Shown: in pieces, positions 18,048 to 28,582 of the stretch
How positions within the stretch are numbered: position 1 is the stretch's first letter
How the letters are laid out: each line of letters opens with the position of its first letter
Source: a virus
Length of the DNA: 64,000 nucleotides
UHGV virus genome: UHGV-0132893
Direction: 5' to 3' (one strand)
Program-made: the position numbers and the translations under genes
The notes under the pieces: generated by a model
Databases searched by the model: none
What the model was told of the DNA's origin: nothing
Seen by the model: the letters and a program-made list of their open reading frames with translations, nothing else

Positions 18048-18653
<606 letters not shown>

Positions 18654-18655
18654 TT

Positions 18656-19096
18656 ATGAATACAAAAGCATTAGCAGCAAAGTTTAGTTACGGTGACACT
18701 GTATCACACTCTGAGATGGACACCTTCTTAGGTATTGTGAAGCCAACTTATCAAGGTGACATTGTTAAGTACGAAGATGAAATGAAGGCTTATGCGCTTA
18801 CACGTCTAAACCGACTTGAGAAGTTTATTGAGAAGCTTCTTAAAGAAGAGAAGATTTATCTGGTTGCTTCAATGGGTGTTGGTTATCGTGTGGTTGAACC
18901 TAAGCATCAAGCAACTATTGCAAAACGTAAAATGTCTGGTAAGATTGGTCGCGCTTTAAAGCAAGCCACTCAAGCGATTGAGAATGTGAACACTATGGCA
19001 CTTAGCCATCAAGAACGCTCACGACTGATTGAACAGCAAAACCATTTAGCTGCTATGAAAGCTAACATTAACAAGCAACGTAGAAAACCTTTCTAA
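18656..19096 (+). CDS. hypothetical protein (cassette gene 2)
   Basis: 146-aa ORF, 2-nt gap from upstream gene. Confidence 0.45.
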   Translation: MNTKALAAKFSYGDTVSHSEMDTFLGIVKPTYQGDIVKYEDEMKAYALTRLNRLEKFIEKLLKEEKIYLVASMGVGYRVVEPKHQATIAKRKMSGKIGRALKQATQAIENVNTMALSHQERSRLIEQQNHLAAMKANINKQRRKPF

Positions 19097-19107
19097 GTTG
19101 ACTAGGT

Positions 19108-19130
19108 AGCCTCTTCGGAGGCTCCTTTTT
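19108..19130 (+). terminator. rho-independent terminator
   Basis: agcctc-ttcg-gaggct stem then cc-TTTTT. Confidence 0.55.
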
Positions 19131-19260
19131 AAAAGGTCTTTAAGAGGGTCTTTTAATAAGGTAAGGCACGGTTATGTCAGGTATGGTACGGTACGGTTAG
19201 GTAAGGTGAGGCGGAGTAAGGTATGGGTAGTTAATCGGAGCTACATTAAAATTCGATTAC
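19126..19260. repeat. GGTNN pentamer-array element R3
   Basis: 5' box like R2, 3' hairpin like R1 with compensatory stem (taatcg/cgatta). Confidence 0.7.
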
Positions 19261-19392
19261 ATCACTTAAGAGTCTTTTAAGAGGGTTTTTAAGTGAGGTG
19301 TGGCACGGTAATGTTAGGTAGGGTCAGGTCAGGTCAGGTGAGGTAAGGTGATGTATGGAAGGATGGCAGTAGCCTTATAAAAAATCTGCCAA
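19261..19392. repeat. GGTNN pentamer-array element R4
   Basis: 5' box like R1, 3' hairpin like R2 with compensatory stem (tggcag/ctgcca). Confidence 0.7.
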
Positions 19393-19482
19393 ATAAGCTA
19401 TAAAATCTGTTGACAAGTCAGGTGTTATAGCTTATTTTTATACTCAATGTAATACAAAATTTAATATAACTTTGAGGTCATT

Positions 19483-19866
19483 ATGAAAAAGATTTTATTA
19501 ACTGCTGCAATGGTTATGGCAATAAATTTACCAGTCAATGCAACAGAACTTCCCAATGTGGACTTATCAGGTGTTCCAGAAGATACTTGCCAGATTGTAA
19601 AAGGTGTTGCTCTAGCTAATGGTGAGTTACTTAAACCAATCTCTGAAGAGTCTTTAACAGAGATGACTGATAAAGTAACTGACTACCAGTATCGTGTTCT
19701 TGCAGAATATTTCCTGCAATCTGCAAACATTAAAGAGAAGCACCCTGATGATATTGATGTACAGGCTATGCTCAATCATCGTATCCAGTTTAAAGAAGAT
19801 TTGATGCAAAAAGCTATGTATGGTGTTGAGTATTTCTTAGAAAACAGAAGCTGCACAGGTATTTGA
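19483..19866 (+). CDS. secreted/periplasmic protein with Sec signal peptide
   Basis: MKKILLTAAMVMAINLPVNA-TELP: n-region, hydrophobic core, VNA cleavage-like site. Confidence 0.5.
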   Translation: MKKILLTAAMVMAINLPVNATELPNVDLSGVPEDTCQIVKGVALANGELLKPISEESLTEMTDKVTDYQYRVLAEYFLQSANIKEKHPDDIDVQAMLNHRIQFKEDLMQKAMYGVEYFLENRSCTGI

Positions 19867-19867
19867 T

Positions 19868-20080
19868 ATGGCTCTTAAAAAGTTACATCCCAGAAGCGGT
19901 TATGGTAAGATAATTGATGATACAGACGGCTTTACAGTCTTTACAGTTATCTGTCAAGATGATTCACAGATTGAAAAGGTTCTTGATGATTATCTTAATG
20001 ATGAACGTGAAAAGGTTAGGGCTACAAACATAGATTCATTGATTGACACTTCACGTAAACGGAAGAAGAAAGATGAATGA
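19868..20080 (+). CDS. hypothetical protein
   Basis: 70-aa ORF. Confidence 0.4.
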   Translation: MALKKLHPRSGYGKIIDDTDGFTVFTVICQDDSQIEKVLDDYLNDEREKVRATNIDSLIDTSRKRKKKDE

Positions 20081-20372
20081 GGTTTTTGACCCTTATGCTC
20101 CACAAGATGATTGGGAGGCTGATAGAGAGGCTGAAATGGAGAGTTATATTTGTCCAATGGATGTAGACGAAATGAGAGACTTCGTTGCACATCGTTTTAA
20201 GAGAGAGATTAAATCCAGAGGTCTTTCTCAAGAGCAAGTCGCTAAAATTTGTGGTATCTCTCAAGCTCGTGTATCCAACATAATCCACCTCACTGGGAAT
20301 GTCTCTCTTGAGTATATGTTGGAAGTGTGTGAAAAATTTGGTGTTAATTTCAATTTAAGGTTGGCAGATTAA
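20073..20372 (+). CDS. putative helix-turn-helix DNA-binding protein
   Basis: LSQEQVAKICGISQARVSNI resembles an HTH; start set at ATG 20073 (ATGAATGA overlap with upstream stop). Confidence 0.45.
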   Translation: MNEVFDPYAPQDDWEADREAEMESYICPMDVDEMRDFVAHRFKREIKSRGLSQEQVAKICGISQARVSNIIHLTGNVSLEYMLEVCEKFGVNFNLRLAD

Positions 20373-20373
20373 T

Positions 20374-20733
20374 ATGAAACGTGAAAACATTATCCACTCT
20401 GAAAACTTCGCATTAGGCTTTTATGGTGCACCTACTCACCTTGAAAAGTACTACGGTGTAAAAATTCTTTCCAATCTCATTATGGCTTACAAAGATGGTA
20501 AGATTAAGCATACTGAGAAGAAACGTGTCATGGGTTATATGGCTGTAGGTTCAGCAATCTCAAATATTAAGCTGGAAACAACTAGCAGCCAGATTGTGAA
20601 AGACCACTTCATCAAAGAACTTTACCACAATCTTGATGGTGTAGATGTTCAGGCTGTTTGGCTGGATGTTGACGGTCACAACTATACAAGTTTCGTTTTC
20701 AAAAACGATGACATTAAGTGTTTGTTCCCTTAA
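20374..20733 (+). CDS. hypothetical protein
   Basis: 119-aa ORF. Confidence 0.45.
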   Translation: MKRENIIHSENFALGFYGAPTHLEKYYGVKILSNLIMAYKDGKIKHTEKKRVMGYMAVGSAISNIKLETTSSQIVKDHFIKELYHNLDGVDVQAVWLDVDGHNYTSFVFKNDDIKCLFP

Positions 20734-20746
20734 TAGGTGATTAACC

Positions 20747-21262
20747 ATGATTGATATCTACTTACAAGATGCTCATGCAGACTTCCTTAAAGTGATGCTT
20801 AAAAAGTTTATGGCTTCACAGGGTGAGAATGAAGCATCTTTTAAAATAGTTACATGTGGCGATGAAGCTGGTTTTGTTGAGATTGAACATGAAGGTACTG
20901 GAAAGATTGTTTGTAAACTACCGGACAGTATGTTCTCTAGTGCATTCTTAACAAAGACTAGCATAAATGTTAAGCTTGTCCCTCAGATTGAAACATACTC
21001 TGGTACAGATTACCCTAAAGGTTTCAAGTCGCTGATGAAGTACTTCTTAGATGACTTTGTGAGTAATCTTCTTCGGGAGGTGAAAGAAAGTCGTACAGTG
21101 TTGACTGTAGAGAACATTGGAGGAACTATCAGGGTTACTTCTGACTGTTTTGTGATGAGCCTCTTCGACTTCGTTCCTAAGAACTTTGATGGTATTCTGG
21201 ATGAAGAAGATGACTGTGTAGACTTTATATTGGTTCTTGAACCAGTTTTTGAGGTTAAATAA
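20747..21262 (+). CDS. hypothetical protein
   Basis: 171-aa ORF. Confidence 0.45.
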   Translation: MIDIYLQDAHADFLKVMLKKFMASQGENEASFKIVTCGDEAGFVEIEHEGTGKIVCKLPDSMFSSAFLTKTSINVKLVPQIETYSGTDYPKGFKSLMKYFLDDFVSNLLREVKESRTVLTVENIGGTIRVTSDCFVMSLFDFVPKNFDGILDEEDDCVDFILVLEPVFEVK

Positions 21263-21523
21263 ATGAAAATTGAACACTGCTATGAGCCTGACGGAACACC
21301 TATCCGATGTCCACATTGTGGGTGTACAGACTTGCAAGGCGAGGTAAGTGAAATAGTCAACGGTCATATCGCTGAAGAGAGTACAAGGTGTACAGAGTGT
21401 AATGAAATCATTGCTTTCTGGGCTTATGGTTCATACCAACCTACACCACACTTAATCTACCATAGCAATAAAGCTGTGAAGAATGTTATCAACTGGTTCA
21501 TTAAGAAAGGGTTTACAAAATGA
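21263..21523 (+). CDS. zinc-ribbon protein
   Basis: CPHCGC ... CTECNE paired CxxC motifs. Confidence 0.45.
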   Translation: MKIEHCYEPDGTPIRCPHCGCTDLQGEVSEIVNGHIAEESTRCTECNEIIAFWAYGSYQPTPHLIYHSNKAVKNVINWFIKKGFTK

Positions 21524-22065
21524 TTAAGCTAATATTTGCAAGTGGTGAAAACGGTGAATTTGGTACACCGACTGGTATGCCGTGGCCTCGACATAAACAG
21601 GACATGCAAGAGTTTAAGAGACTCACTAAAAATAACTTAGTAGTCATGGGTAATGAGACTTTTAAGACTCTGGGTAGTAAACCTTTACCAGAACGTGCAA
21701 ACCTCATCTTAACAAATTCTGTACCATACTTAGGCATAGACTTTGGCAAAGATGATGTAATGTATGCTAAAGCCAGTAAAGAGTCATTTGGAGCATTTTT
21801 GAAGTATCTTGATAGCTCTATTGATGAAGATGTCTTTGTAATTGGTGGTGCAGGTATCCTTGTCAATGCTTTACCGTATGCTAGTGTGGTGTTCCATACT
21901 GTTTTCCATAAAGTTACTGAAGAGGCCACTGTGCATTTACCTTTTGAAAACTTCTTTGAGAAGCTGTATGATAACCGTGTGTTTACAAAGGTACAGTCAA
22001 AACCATCAGAGGATGGTAAAGCAACTTTTGAAATTTATGTTCCACAAGTAAAAGGACACTTTTGA
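21520..22065 (+). CDS. folA: dihydrofolate reductase
   Basis: MIKLIFASGENGEFGTPTGMPWP...LVVMGNETFKTLGSKPLPERANLILT matches DHFR N-terminal pattern. Confidence 0.75.
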   Translation: MIKLIFASGENGEFGTPTGMPWPRHKQDMQEFKRLTKNNLVVMGNETFKTLGSKPLPERANLILTNSVPYLGIDFGKDDVMYAKASKESFGAFLKYLDSSIDEDVFVIGGAGILVNALPYASVVFHTVFHKVTEEATVHLPFENFFEKLYDNRVFTKVQSKPSEDGKATFEIYVPQVKGHF

Positions 22066-22066
22066 T

Positions 22067-22966
22067 ATGTCACAAGCAGATACAAGTTACAAAAATATCC
22101 TGAACCATGTTTTATCCGTTGGTGAACTGCGTACTACAAGAACTGGAGATGTTATCTCTGCTTTTGCTCCACCTCAGTTTCGTTTTGATATGAGGACTGG
22201 TTTCCCGCTCTTAACATCTAAACAGGTGTTTACACGGCAAGTTATTGGGGAGGCTTTATGGTTCCTGAATGGTGAGAATAAGCTGGGTGAACTTCGTTAC
22301 CGTACTTGGGATGAAAATGACGGAGAACGCTGGACTATCTGGTCAGATGATTTTAAACGTTGGTTAAGCTCTAATTATTCTTCTGAACAAGATTGGTTAG
22401 AGGATGCAGGTGGGAGAATCTATGGAGTTCAGTGGAGAAACTTTGAAGGTCATAATGGTTGTGTTGTAGACCAGCTAGAGACCTTAGTAACGAAGATGAA
22501 GGGTGATATCACAGACCGTTACATGCTTGTTAATGCTTGGAATGCAGCAGATATTGCAGCAAACTCAATGGCTTTAGCACCTTGTCATGTTCTGTTTCAG
22601 ATTTATATCACTAATGAGGGTGAAGTTGACTTACAGTGGTATCAACGTTCAGTAGACACCTTTTTAGGACTTCCGTTTAATATTGCGTCTTATGGTTTCA
22701 TCTTAGAAGTTCTTTGTAAGATGACTGGATACACTCCACGGTACTTGATAGGTGTCTTTGGAGATACTCAGATTTATCAGAACCATATGAAACAGGTTTA
22801 TGAACTGATGAACAATGAAGAGTTCCATGCACCTACTTTTGAGATTGGTGTAACACTTAACACACTAAGTGACCTAAAACACCTTACTGCAAGTGATTTT
22901 ATTGGTGGCATTTACAACTACCAACATGCAGGAAAGATTGAAGCACCTCTGTCAGTAGGTAAGTAA
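22067..22966 (+). CDS. thyA: thymidylate synthase
   Basis: active-site ALAPCHVLFQIY and RYMLVNAWNAADI-type motifs. Confidence 0.85.
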   Translation: MSQADTSYKNILNHVLSVGELRTTRTGDVISAFAPPQFRFDMRTGFPLLTSKQVFTRQVIGEALWFLNGENKLGELRYRTWDENDGERWTIWSDDFKRWLSSNYSSEQDWLEDAGGRIYGVQWRNFEGHNGCVVDQLETLVTKMKGDITDRYMLVNAWNAADIAANSMALAPCHVLFQIYITNEGEVDLQWYQRSVDTFLGLPFNIASYGFILEVLCKMTGYTPRYLIGVFGDTQIYQNHMKQVYELMNNEEFHAPTFEIGVTLNTLSDLKHLTASDFIGGIYNYQHAGKIEAPLSVGK

Positions 22967-22968
22967 AA

Positions 22969-23010
22969 ACAAAAAAGGCTCCTTTTTACGGGAGCCTTAA
23001 ATTTTATTTT
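22969..23010. terminator. bidirectional terminator between convergent genes
   Basis: aaggctcc-tttttacg-ggagcctt hairpin flanked by A-run and T-run. Confidence 0.5.
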
Positions 23011-23375
23011 TCAGTATTCTTTGTGTTCTTTTCAGTAATAGCTTGCAAGGCTGATACTGATTGAGCCAGATTGTTCACACTGTCAGAGAATTTATCAAGG
23101 GTTTTGGTAAGTTTTGCGTTTTCACCCTTAACATTCTCTAACTGAACTTTCTGGTTCTCCATCCCTAGCTGAATCAATCTCATGTCAGACTGTAAATCAC
23201 GAATAGCTGAATAGTTACTTTTGGAATAATTATCTAGCTGCTGTAACTTTGTTGTGACAGACACTTCTTGTTTACCACTTGAAACCTGCATCGTGGTATA
23301 CATCCCAATAACACTAAAAATACCAACTACAATTGCACCAATATTATTTTTAAAAGCTTCCTCTAGCCACTTCAT
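23004..23375 (-). CDS. membrane-anchored coiled-coil protein (spanin- or chaperone-like)
   Basis: N-terminal TM helix IGAIVVGIFSVIGMYTT then coiled-coil; immediately downstream of tail fibre genes. Confidence 0.4.
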   Translation of the reverse strand: MKWLEEAFKNNIGAIVVGIFSVIGMYTTMQVSSGKQEVSVTTKLQQLDNYSKSNYSAIRDLQSDMRLIQLGMENQKVQLENVKGENAKLTKTLDKFSDSVNNLAQSVSALQAITEKNTKNTEK

Positions 23376-23570
23376 TTATTTCTCCCCCTTAAAAGCTTTT
23401 TCTAAGTTATCTACGAACTCATCATCAATAGGTGTGTCTGTTTTACTCGCAAGGTATCTTGCAAGCTTAAAGAACACTTTCTCAATCATGTATTCACTTA
23501 GAAGGGATAAAATGAGTTTCCAGAAGAAGCTACCTAGATTTTTTAGAAGAATTGCTAGGATTGTAGGCAT
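23376..23570 (-). CDS. small hydrophobic protein (holin-like candidate)
   Basis: 64 aa with hydrophobic N-terminal half ILAILLKNLGSFFWKLILSLL. Confidence 0.35.
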   Translation of the reverse strand: MPTILAILLKNLGSFFWKLILSLLSEYMIEKVFFKLARYLASKTDTPIDDEFVDNLEKAFKGEK

Positions 23571-23649
23571 TTAATCACCTCATCAGCCAAGATGGTGAGA
23601 ATACCCATAAAGAATATTAACACCATCTTAACAATCAGTCAACAAGGGA

Positions 23650-26199
23650 TTAAGCAGTTCTTACCCAAGCCATTAACTTATAGAACTGGTTAGTAACACT
23701 GAATGCTGAACCAGAACCAGTACCACCTGTTTTACCACTAACTGTGTGGCTGTGAGCACCAATACCAACAGTGTGGCTGTGGTTACCTGTTGTATTCGTT
23801 ACACCAGACCAGTTTCTTGATGCGTTGAAGTTGACAGGGATACCATTAGTAAAGTTATTACCAGTATACCCTTTAGAACCTGCCTGACTACCGAGGTGGA
23901 ATGCACCACTTGCTGTGTAGAATCTGCTAGTGTCACTCCTGAAGTAACCAAATGAACCAGTAATCTCCATAGTACCTCTGTTGTGGTTATGGTTACCAGT
24001 TGTGCTAGAAGTCTTAGTACCATAATCAAATGATGAAGTGGTAGCAGAGAAACTGTGTGTATGTGAAGGTAAGTTACCAACAGATAACGTTACAGAGTCT
24101 GAACCACCAGTTGTAGCAACATCTGAACCGTTTGCTGCTGCAATTCTAATAGTTCTACCAACACCATTATTCAGGTACGTCCAAGTTAACCCAGGAAGTG
24201 CTGTATTAGGGTTAACATTACTGTTAAACCACGTTACAATACCTACTGGATAGATTTTATTCAGGTCTGTAGAGTCACTAATTGCTTCTGCAATCTTCTG
24301 GTCAGTTTCTGCTTTAGTGTATGCACCAATATCTGAAGGGGTTGGTTTTTGCAAACTTGTGTAGTATTTTGCAATTGTACCCTTCACAATACCTTGTGGA
24401 GCATCATCAAATGTTTGTGGGACTTCAAACAACTGCACACTTGCATTGCTAGAAGATTGAACTCTTGATGTTGTACCATTTTGGAACGTACCGACCCTAC
24501 AGTAAATATCGTAAGTGTCGCCAGATGTATTAACATAACCAATATCTGTGACAATGGTATTCTCTGCGATTCTCCAAGCTACAACATTTAAACCTTTTGG
24601 GTTGTTATTTGATGTTCGTAAAATAATCTCACACTTACCTGCTTGATGTGGCATGTTAATATTAAAACCTGACCCACCAAACACTTCAATCACCGCAGTA
24701 GATGCGGATTGCGGCATTACAACAGTAGCAATTTTAGCCCACTTTTCACCGCTTCCATTATTGAAACCAGTACTTCTGATTCTCAGGTATCTACTATCAC
24801 TAGCACTTTGTGTAAAGTATCTAGCATCTAAGTTAGAGAAATCTGAAGGTTGAACTTGTCCAGCAATAGTCAATGTTTTGTTAATGTATGATGTTGTATT
24901 TCCGAGAACCAATTGGGTTCCGGAATAACTGTTATTTAGGGTAACATCATTCGTATCAGCACCACCAACACCAATCCACCATCTTGATACATTAGTAGTG
25001 TCCACACCACGAATATATAATGGTCTATTCTGAGTAGAGTTTTTAACAATCAGACCTTCATTATCCGTAACAACTGTCTGTACACCATTAAAAGTATTCC
25101 TTGCATTAGTTCTTGCAATTGTACTTAATGTTGCTGCCGGAATATATCTAGAGTCAATGTTAGCCCAATCTGAAGGTTGAACTTGTCCAGTGATTCTGAC
25201 ATTTTTATTTGCTGATACTCCAGCAGCATCTAAGACCAAAGAGGTGTTAGTGGTATAGTTGTAGATAGTTACACCAGCACCTGAACTACCTTTACCAAGA
25301 TACCATAAGTTTCCACCTTCATAATCTTTTGCAAGTAGATACAGGGATTCGTTTGCTGATGCACATTGCAGTGTGATAGCAGCAGCATTTGAAATAACAC
25401 TCATAGTCCTAAATGTGTTAGCACCTGTAAAAGTATTATTGCCAGCTAACTGTGCAAATCTCTGATTAGCAACTGTCTGAGTGAAGTATCTAGCATCTAA
25501 GTTAGAGAAATCTGAAGGTTGAACTTGACCAGTGATTGCTAAAGACTTATTAACAGAGACATTACTTGCAACAGTCAAGGCTGAGTTGTATTTGTTATTG
25601 TACAGCTTTACTTCGTCAGAGCCATTACTACCAATACCAACCCACCATCTAGCCGAACCATCTAGGTTTACACCTTCGATATATTGTGCATTATTTGCAT
25701 TTTGGTTTCTAAGGCGAAGTAAGTTAGCATCACCTTGAATATTTTGAGTTCCAGAGAATGTGTTTGTGATAGCAAGTCTTGCGTATCTTGCATCATTCTC
25801 TTCATTAGTCCTCATACCAAGCTCATTAGGACTTGGCTTATTCAGAGTATGATAAACAGTTGCTGACCTTGAAGCATCTGCAATAGTTAGTTTAAGACCA
25901 TTTGCGTTAATTTTAAAAGTCTTTAAAATATCCCCAATAGTAATCTCAGAAGAGCCTGTAGGGTCAAATACAGACTTTCCACCGTAAAGTAACTTGACAA
26001 TACCTAAATCCCCAGTCATAGCGCTTCCAGCAATCTGAACAAACCTTTCTAGTTTGAAGGAAGCTAAGAAGTCTTGATAGGTCATTCTGCGGTCTTCATC
26101 ACCCAACATTTCAGGTCTTTTCTTAACTCTGATGTGCAATAGGTCTTCTGAACGAATTGTGTCGATTGAGTTTAATTGACTCAATTTGTAATCTGCCAT
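23650..26199 (-). CDS. long tail fibre protein with GxHxH C-terminal repeats
   Basis: 849 aa; three internal repeats ITGQVQPSDFSNLDARYFTQ; C-terminal GNHNHN/GNHSHT/GAHSHT motifs. Confidence 0.7.
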   Translation of the reverse strand: MADYKLSQLNSIDTIRSEDLLHIRVKKRPEMLGDEDRRMTYQDFLASFKLERFVQIAGSAMTGDLGIVKLLYGGKSVFDPTGSSEITIGDILKTFKINANGLKLTIADASRSATVYHTLNKPSPNELGMRTNEENDARYARLAITNTFSGTQNIQGDANLLRLRNQNANNAQYIEGVNLDGSARWWVGIGSNGSDEVKLYNNKYNSALTVASNVSVNKSLAITGQVQPSDFSNLDARYFTQTVANQRFAQLAGNNTFTGANTFRTMSVISNAAAITLQCASANESLYLLAKDYEGGNLWYLGKGSSGAGVTIYNYTTNTSLVLDAAGVSANKNVRITGQVQPSDWANIDSRYIPAATLSTIARTNARNTFNGVQTVVTDNEGLIVKNSTQNRPLYIRGVDTTNVSRWWIGVGGADTNDVTLNNSYSGTQLVLGNTTSYINKTLTIAGQVQPSDFSNLDARYFTQSASDSRYLRIRSTGFNNGSGEKWAKIATVVMPQSASTAVIEVFGGSGFNINMPHQAGKCEIILRTSNNNPKGLNVVAWRIAENTIVTDIGYVNTSGDTYDIYCRVGTFQNGTTSRVQSSSNASVQLFEVPQTFDDAPQGIVKGTIAKYYTSLQKPTPSDIGAYTKAETDQKIAEAISDSTDLNKIYPVGIVTWFNSNVNPNTALPGLTWTYLNNGVGRTIRIAAANGSDVATTGGSDSVTLSVGNLPSHTHSFSATTSSFDYGTKTSSTTGNHNHNRGTMEITGSFGYFRSDTSRFYTASGAFHLGSQAGSKGYTGNNFTNGIPVNFNASRNWSGVTNTTGNHSHTVGIGAHSHTVSGKTGGTGSGSAFSVTNQFYKLMAWVRTA

Positions 26200-26245
26200 T
26201 ATGAATTTTCCTCTTAAAAGGGGCTATAAAGCCCCTGTAAAGAAA

Positions 26246-27421
26246 TTAAGCTGTTCTCTGCCACACATACACTACAAAAGATGGCTGCTCAACACTGAAT
26301 GCTTGACCACCACCAACAGAACCAGTTGTCCCTGAGTGTGTATGCTCAGAGCTAGAAACAGTAACAGTGCCTGTATGACTGTGCGAACCAATATTAACAG
26401 TGTGGCTGTGAGCACCAATTGCGACAGTATGACTATGAGCACCAAATGATGCAGTTGTACCTGAGAAGCTATGGGTGTGAGCACCAGCTAAATCAGTATA
26501 CATAGCATTACCAACACCAGCATCAGCAGATGCAGTAATAGCATTTGTGCCACCCCTATCATTACCCCTCATAGGAACTCTATGGTTGTGGTTACCAGCA
26601 TTACTTGTTGTGCCACTAAACGTGTGAGTGTGAGCACCAGCACTATTAGTCGTTTTTGTACCGTAATCAAAAGTTGATGTGCTTTTTGAACCATAATCAA
26701 AACTAGAGATAGATACACTTGCAGAGTGTGTATGACCACCACCTGTTAGGTAGATAGAGTGAGTATGTGCTGGTAAATTATTATTTGTTAATGCTACAGT
26801 CTGAGAACCAAACATTGAACCAACAGGTCTAGAATCTGTATCATAACCAACTAGTGCCCTACCTTTAGAAACTAACTCCCAAGTGCCACCACAAAGCAAG
26901 TAAGTGGATGGGTTAGCAGAGTTAACAGACAGATGAATAGTCCCCACTGGATATGATGCTTGGATAGCTTTGTATAAGTTATTCACTGCTCTCGCTGTAG
27001 CATACTTATCAGCATCTTCATTGTACAGATTGGATGTTGTCCAGTTCTGAACATTACTTAAACCGACCTGTGCTTTCGTTGTGTTATGTGGGTTACTTTT
27101 GTCGTCAATATGTTGCTGAATTAAGTTATTCACTTCCTCTGACGACATAATTTGTAGATTTGCTCTTGCCTCAGCAACATTCACAATGTCTGACAAGTTA
27201 TTAGCTGCAACTAATTGAAGAGAGTTAATAACATTATCAAGACCCACTTGTGATTTAGTTACACCATGAGGATTATTCCTCAGAGATGCGTGAGGTGCTA
27301 ACAACTGCTCAAGCGTACATCTTTTATCCTCAACACCTTGCTTAAGGTGGAAGATATCACTCAAATCAATTGGTAAGGCCGCTTGTGGCAAGGCACTAAT
27401 TTGGATTTCACCTACTGCCAT
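26246..27421 (-). CDS. tail fibre protein with GxHxH repeats
   Basis: 391 aa; GGHTHS, GAHTHTFSG, GNHNHR, GAHSHTVAIGAHSHTVNIGSHSHT; C-terminus similar to the 849-aa fibre. Confidence 0.65.
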   Translation of the reverse strand: MAVGEIQISALPQAALPIDLSDIFHLKQGVEDKRCTLEQLLAPHASLRNNPHGVTKSQVGLDNVINSLQLVAANNLSDIVNVAEARANLQIMSSEEVNNLIQQHIDDKSNPHNTTKAQVGLSNVQNWTTSNLYNEDADKYATARAVNNLYKAIQASYPVGTIHLSVNSANPSTYLLCGGTWELVSKGRALVGYDTDSRPVGSMFGSQTVALTNNNLPAHTHSIYLTGGGHTHSASVSISSFDYGSKSTSTFDYGTKTTNSAGAHTHTFSGTTSNAGNHNHRVPMRGNDRGGTNAITASADAGVGNAMYTDLAGAHTHSFSGTTASFGAHSHTVAIGAHSHTVNIGSHSHTGTVTVSSSEHTHSGTTGSVGGGQAFSVEQPSFVVYVWQRTA

Positions 27422-27423
27422 TA

Positions 27424-27726
27424 TTAAGCTCCTACATATTCATATGTGTAAAGGTTTCTTGTACTTGTTGATGCAGTCCCTGTCTCAGACTTAATGAGGT
27501 TCCAGCCATTAGCCACTAAATCTGGTTGCTCAGTTGCATATGAACGAACTTCACCAACAGTGCCATTTACTTTATTCAGCAGGTAGTTGATAATATAGTT
27601 GAACCACTGTCTACCCATAGGCTCACCCTTTAAAAGACCTGTCTCTTGAACTTCCGGTGGTGGTAAAACTTTTAACTGATTACCATCAGTATCTACTTCG
27701 TTTGTAGACCAATTTAGAACTGCCAT
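27424..27726 (-). CDS. tail fibre / baseplate-associated protein
   Basis: 100-aa ORF between baseplate and fibre genes. Confidence 0.4.
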   Translation of the reverse strand: MAVLNWSTNEVDTDGNQLKVLPPPEVQETGLLKGEPMGRQWFNYIINYLLNKVNGTVGEVRSYATEQPDLVANGWNLIKSETGTASTSTRNLYTYEYVGA

Positions 27727-28580
27727 TAAGAATTTCCTTCTTGTTGTGATTTATCTTTTCTGCCTTTGACAATTTGTGCAACCTCAGCCATGATTCCATA
27801 TGCACCACCTGCAATAGCTTCTTTACCAGCAATGAAATAGCCACTATTATTAGACCTATCTACAGTCATATAATCATCGCTCTGTGAGTTTGCTGTTCTG
27901 TCAACCTTAAAGTAACCATCAATAACACCAGCATCTGCAAGACTCCCTACTAGGTTGGACTCCAGAGAGCCACCAGTGTTATTTGTTACCAGACCTCTGT
28001 TAGCATCAGTTACAAACCAGTTCTCTTTATCATCAACAATAGCAAGTGATGAATCAGCAACCTCTACAGGTGTCCAAGCGGTCCCATTTAAAGTAACATC
28101 TCTTAAGATAACAGCGGAACCAGTGGTTGTTGCAGAAATCTTTGACAGTGTATATGCAGCATCAAGAACGCTTTTTCTAGTATTAATACGGATAACGATA
28201 CCACCAGTCTTAGGAGTAATATGCTCAAAAATCTGAGAGAAAGTTGCACCATACAATGTCATAATTGCTTTTTGCAAGAATGTTGGAGTAGTATCAGAAC
28301 GTCTTAGGAAGATTTGGATATAAAGCATAGCTCTGTATGTTTCATCATCAGCACCTAAAGGTCTAGGAACTTTAATCAGTGAGCCAATATTATCAAGTTG
28401 TTGACCTACTGACGTCCTGATATTTCTCTCTGTGTGCATCTGCCAGCAAACATCCTCTAGAGTTTGTAATTCATCAGTGATTGCTTTCAAGATACTTGTG
28501 TAGATAAATTTATCTTTAAACTGTGTTACAGTCCTTTCATCAAGTGTTTTGTAATAAACACTATCAATCTTTTCAAACAT
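27726..28580 (-). CDS. baseplate protein (P2 gpI / Mu gp48-like position)
   Basis: 284 aa; gene order after baseplate J-like protein. Confidence 0.45.
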   Translation of the reverse strand: MFEKIDSVYYKTLDERTVTQFKDKFIYTSILKAITDELQTLEDVCWQMHTERNIRTSVGQQLDNIGSLIKVPRPLGADDETYRAMLYIQIFLRRSDTTPTFLQKAIMTLYGATFSQIFEHITPKTGGIVIRINTRKSVLDAAYTLSKISATTTGSAVILRDVTLNGTAWTPVEVADSSLAIVDDKENWFVTDANRGLVTNNTGGSLESNLVGSLADAGVIDGYFKVDRTANSQSDDYMTVDRSNNSGYFIAGKEAIAGGAYGIMAEVAQIVKGRKDKSQQEGNS

Positions 28581-28582
28581 TA

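Noticed and set aside
19410-19444. Canonical sigma70 promoter upstream of ORF 19483
   Set aside because: TTGACA and TATACT are present but 23 bp apart; not called as a standard promoter and reported instead as part of the recurrent non-canonical motif.
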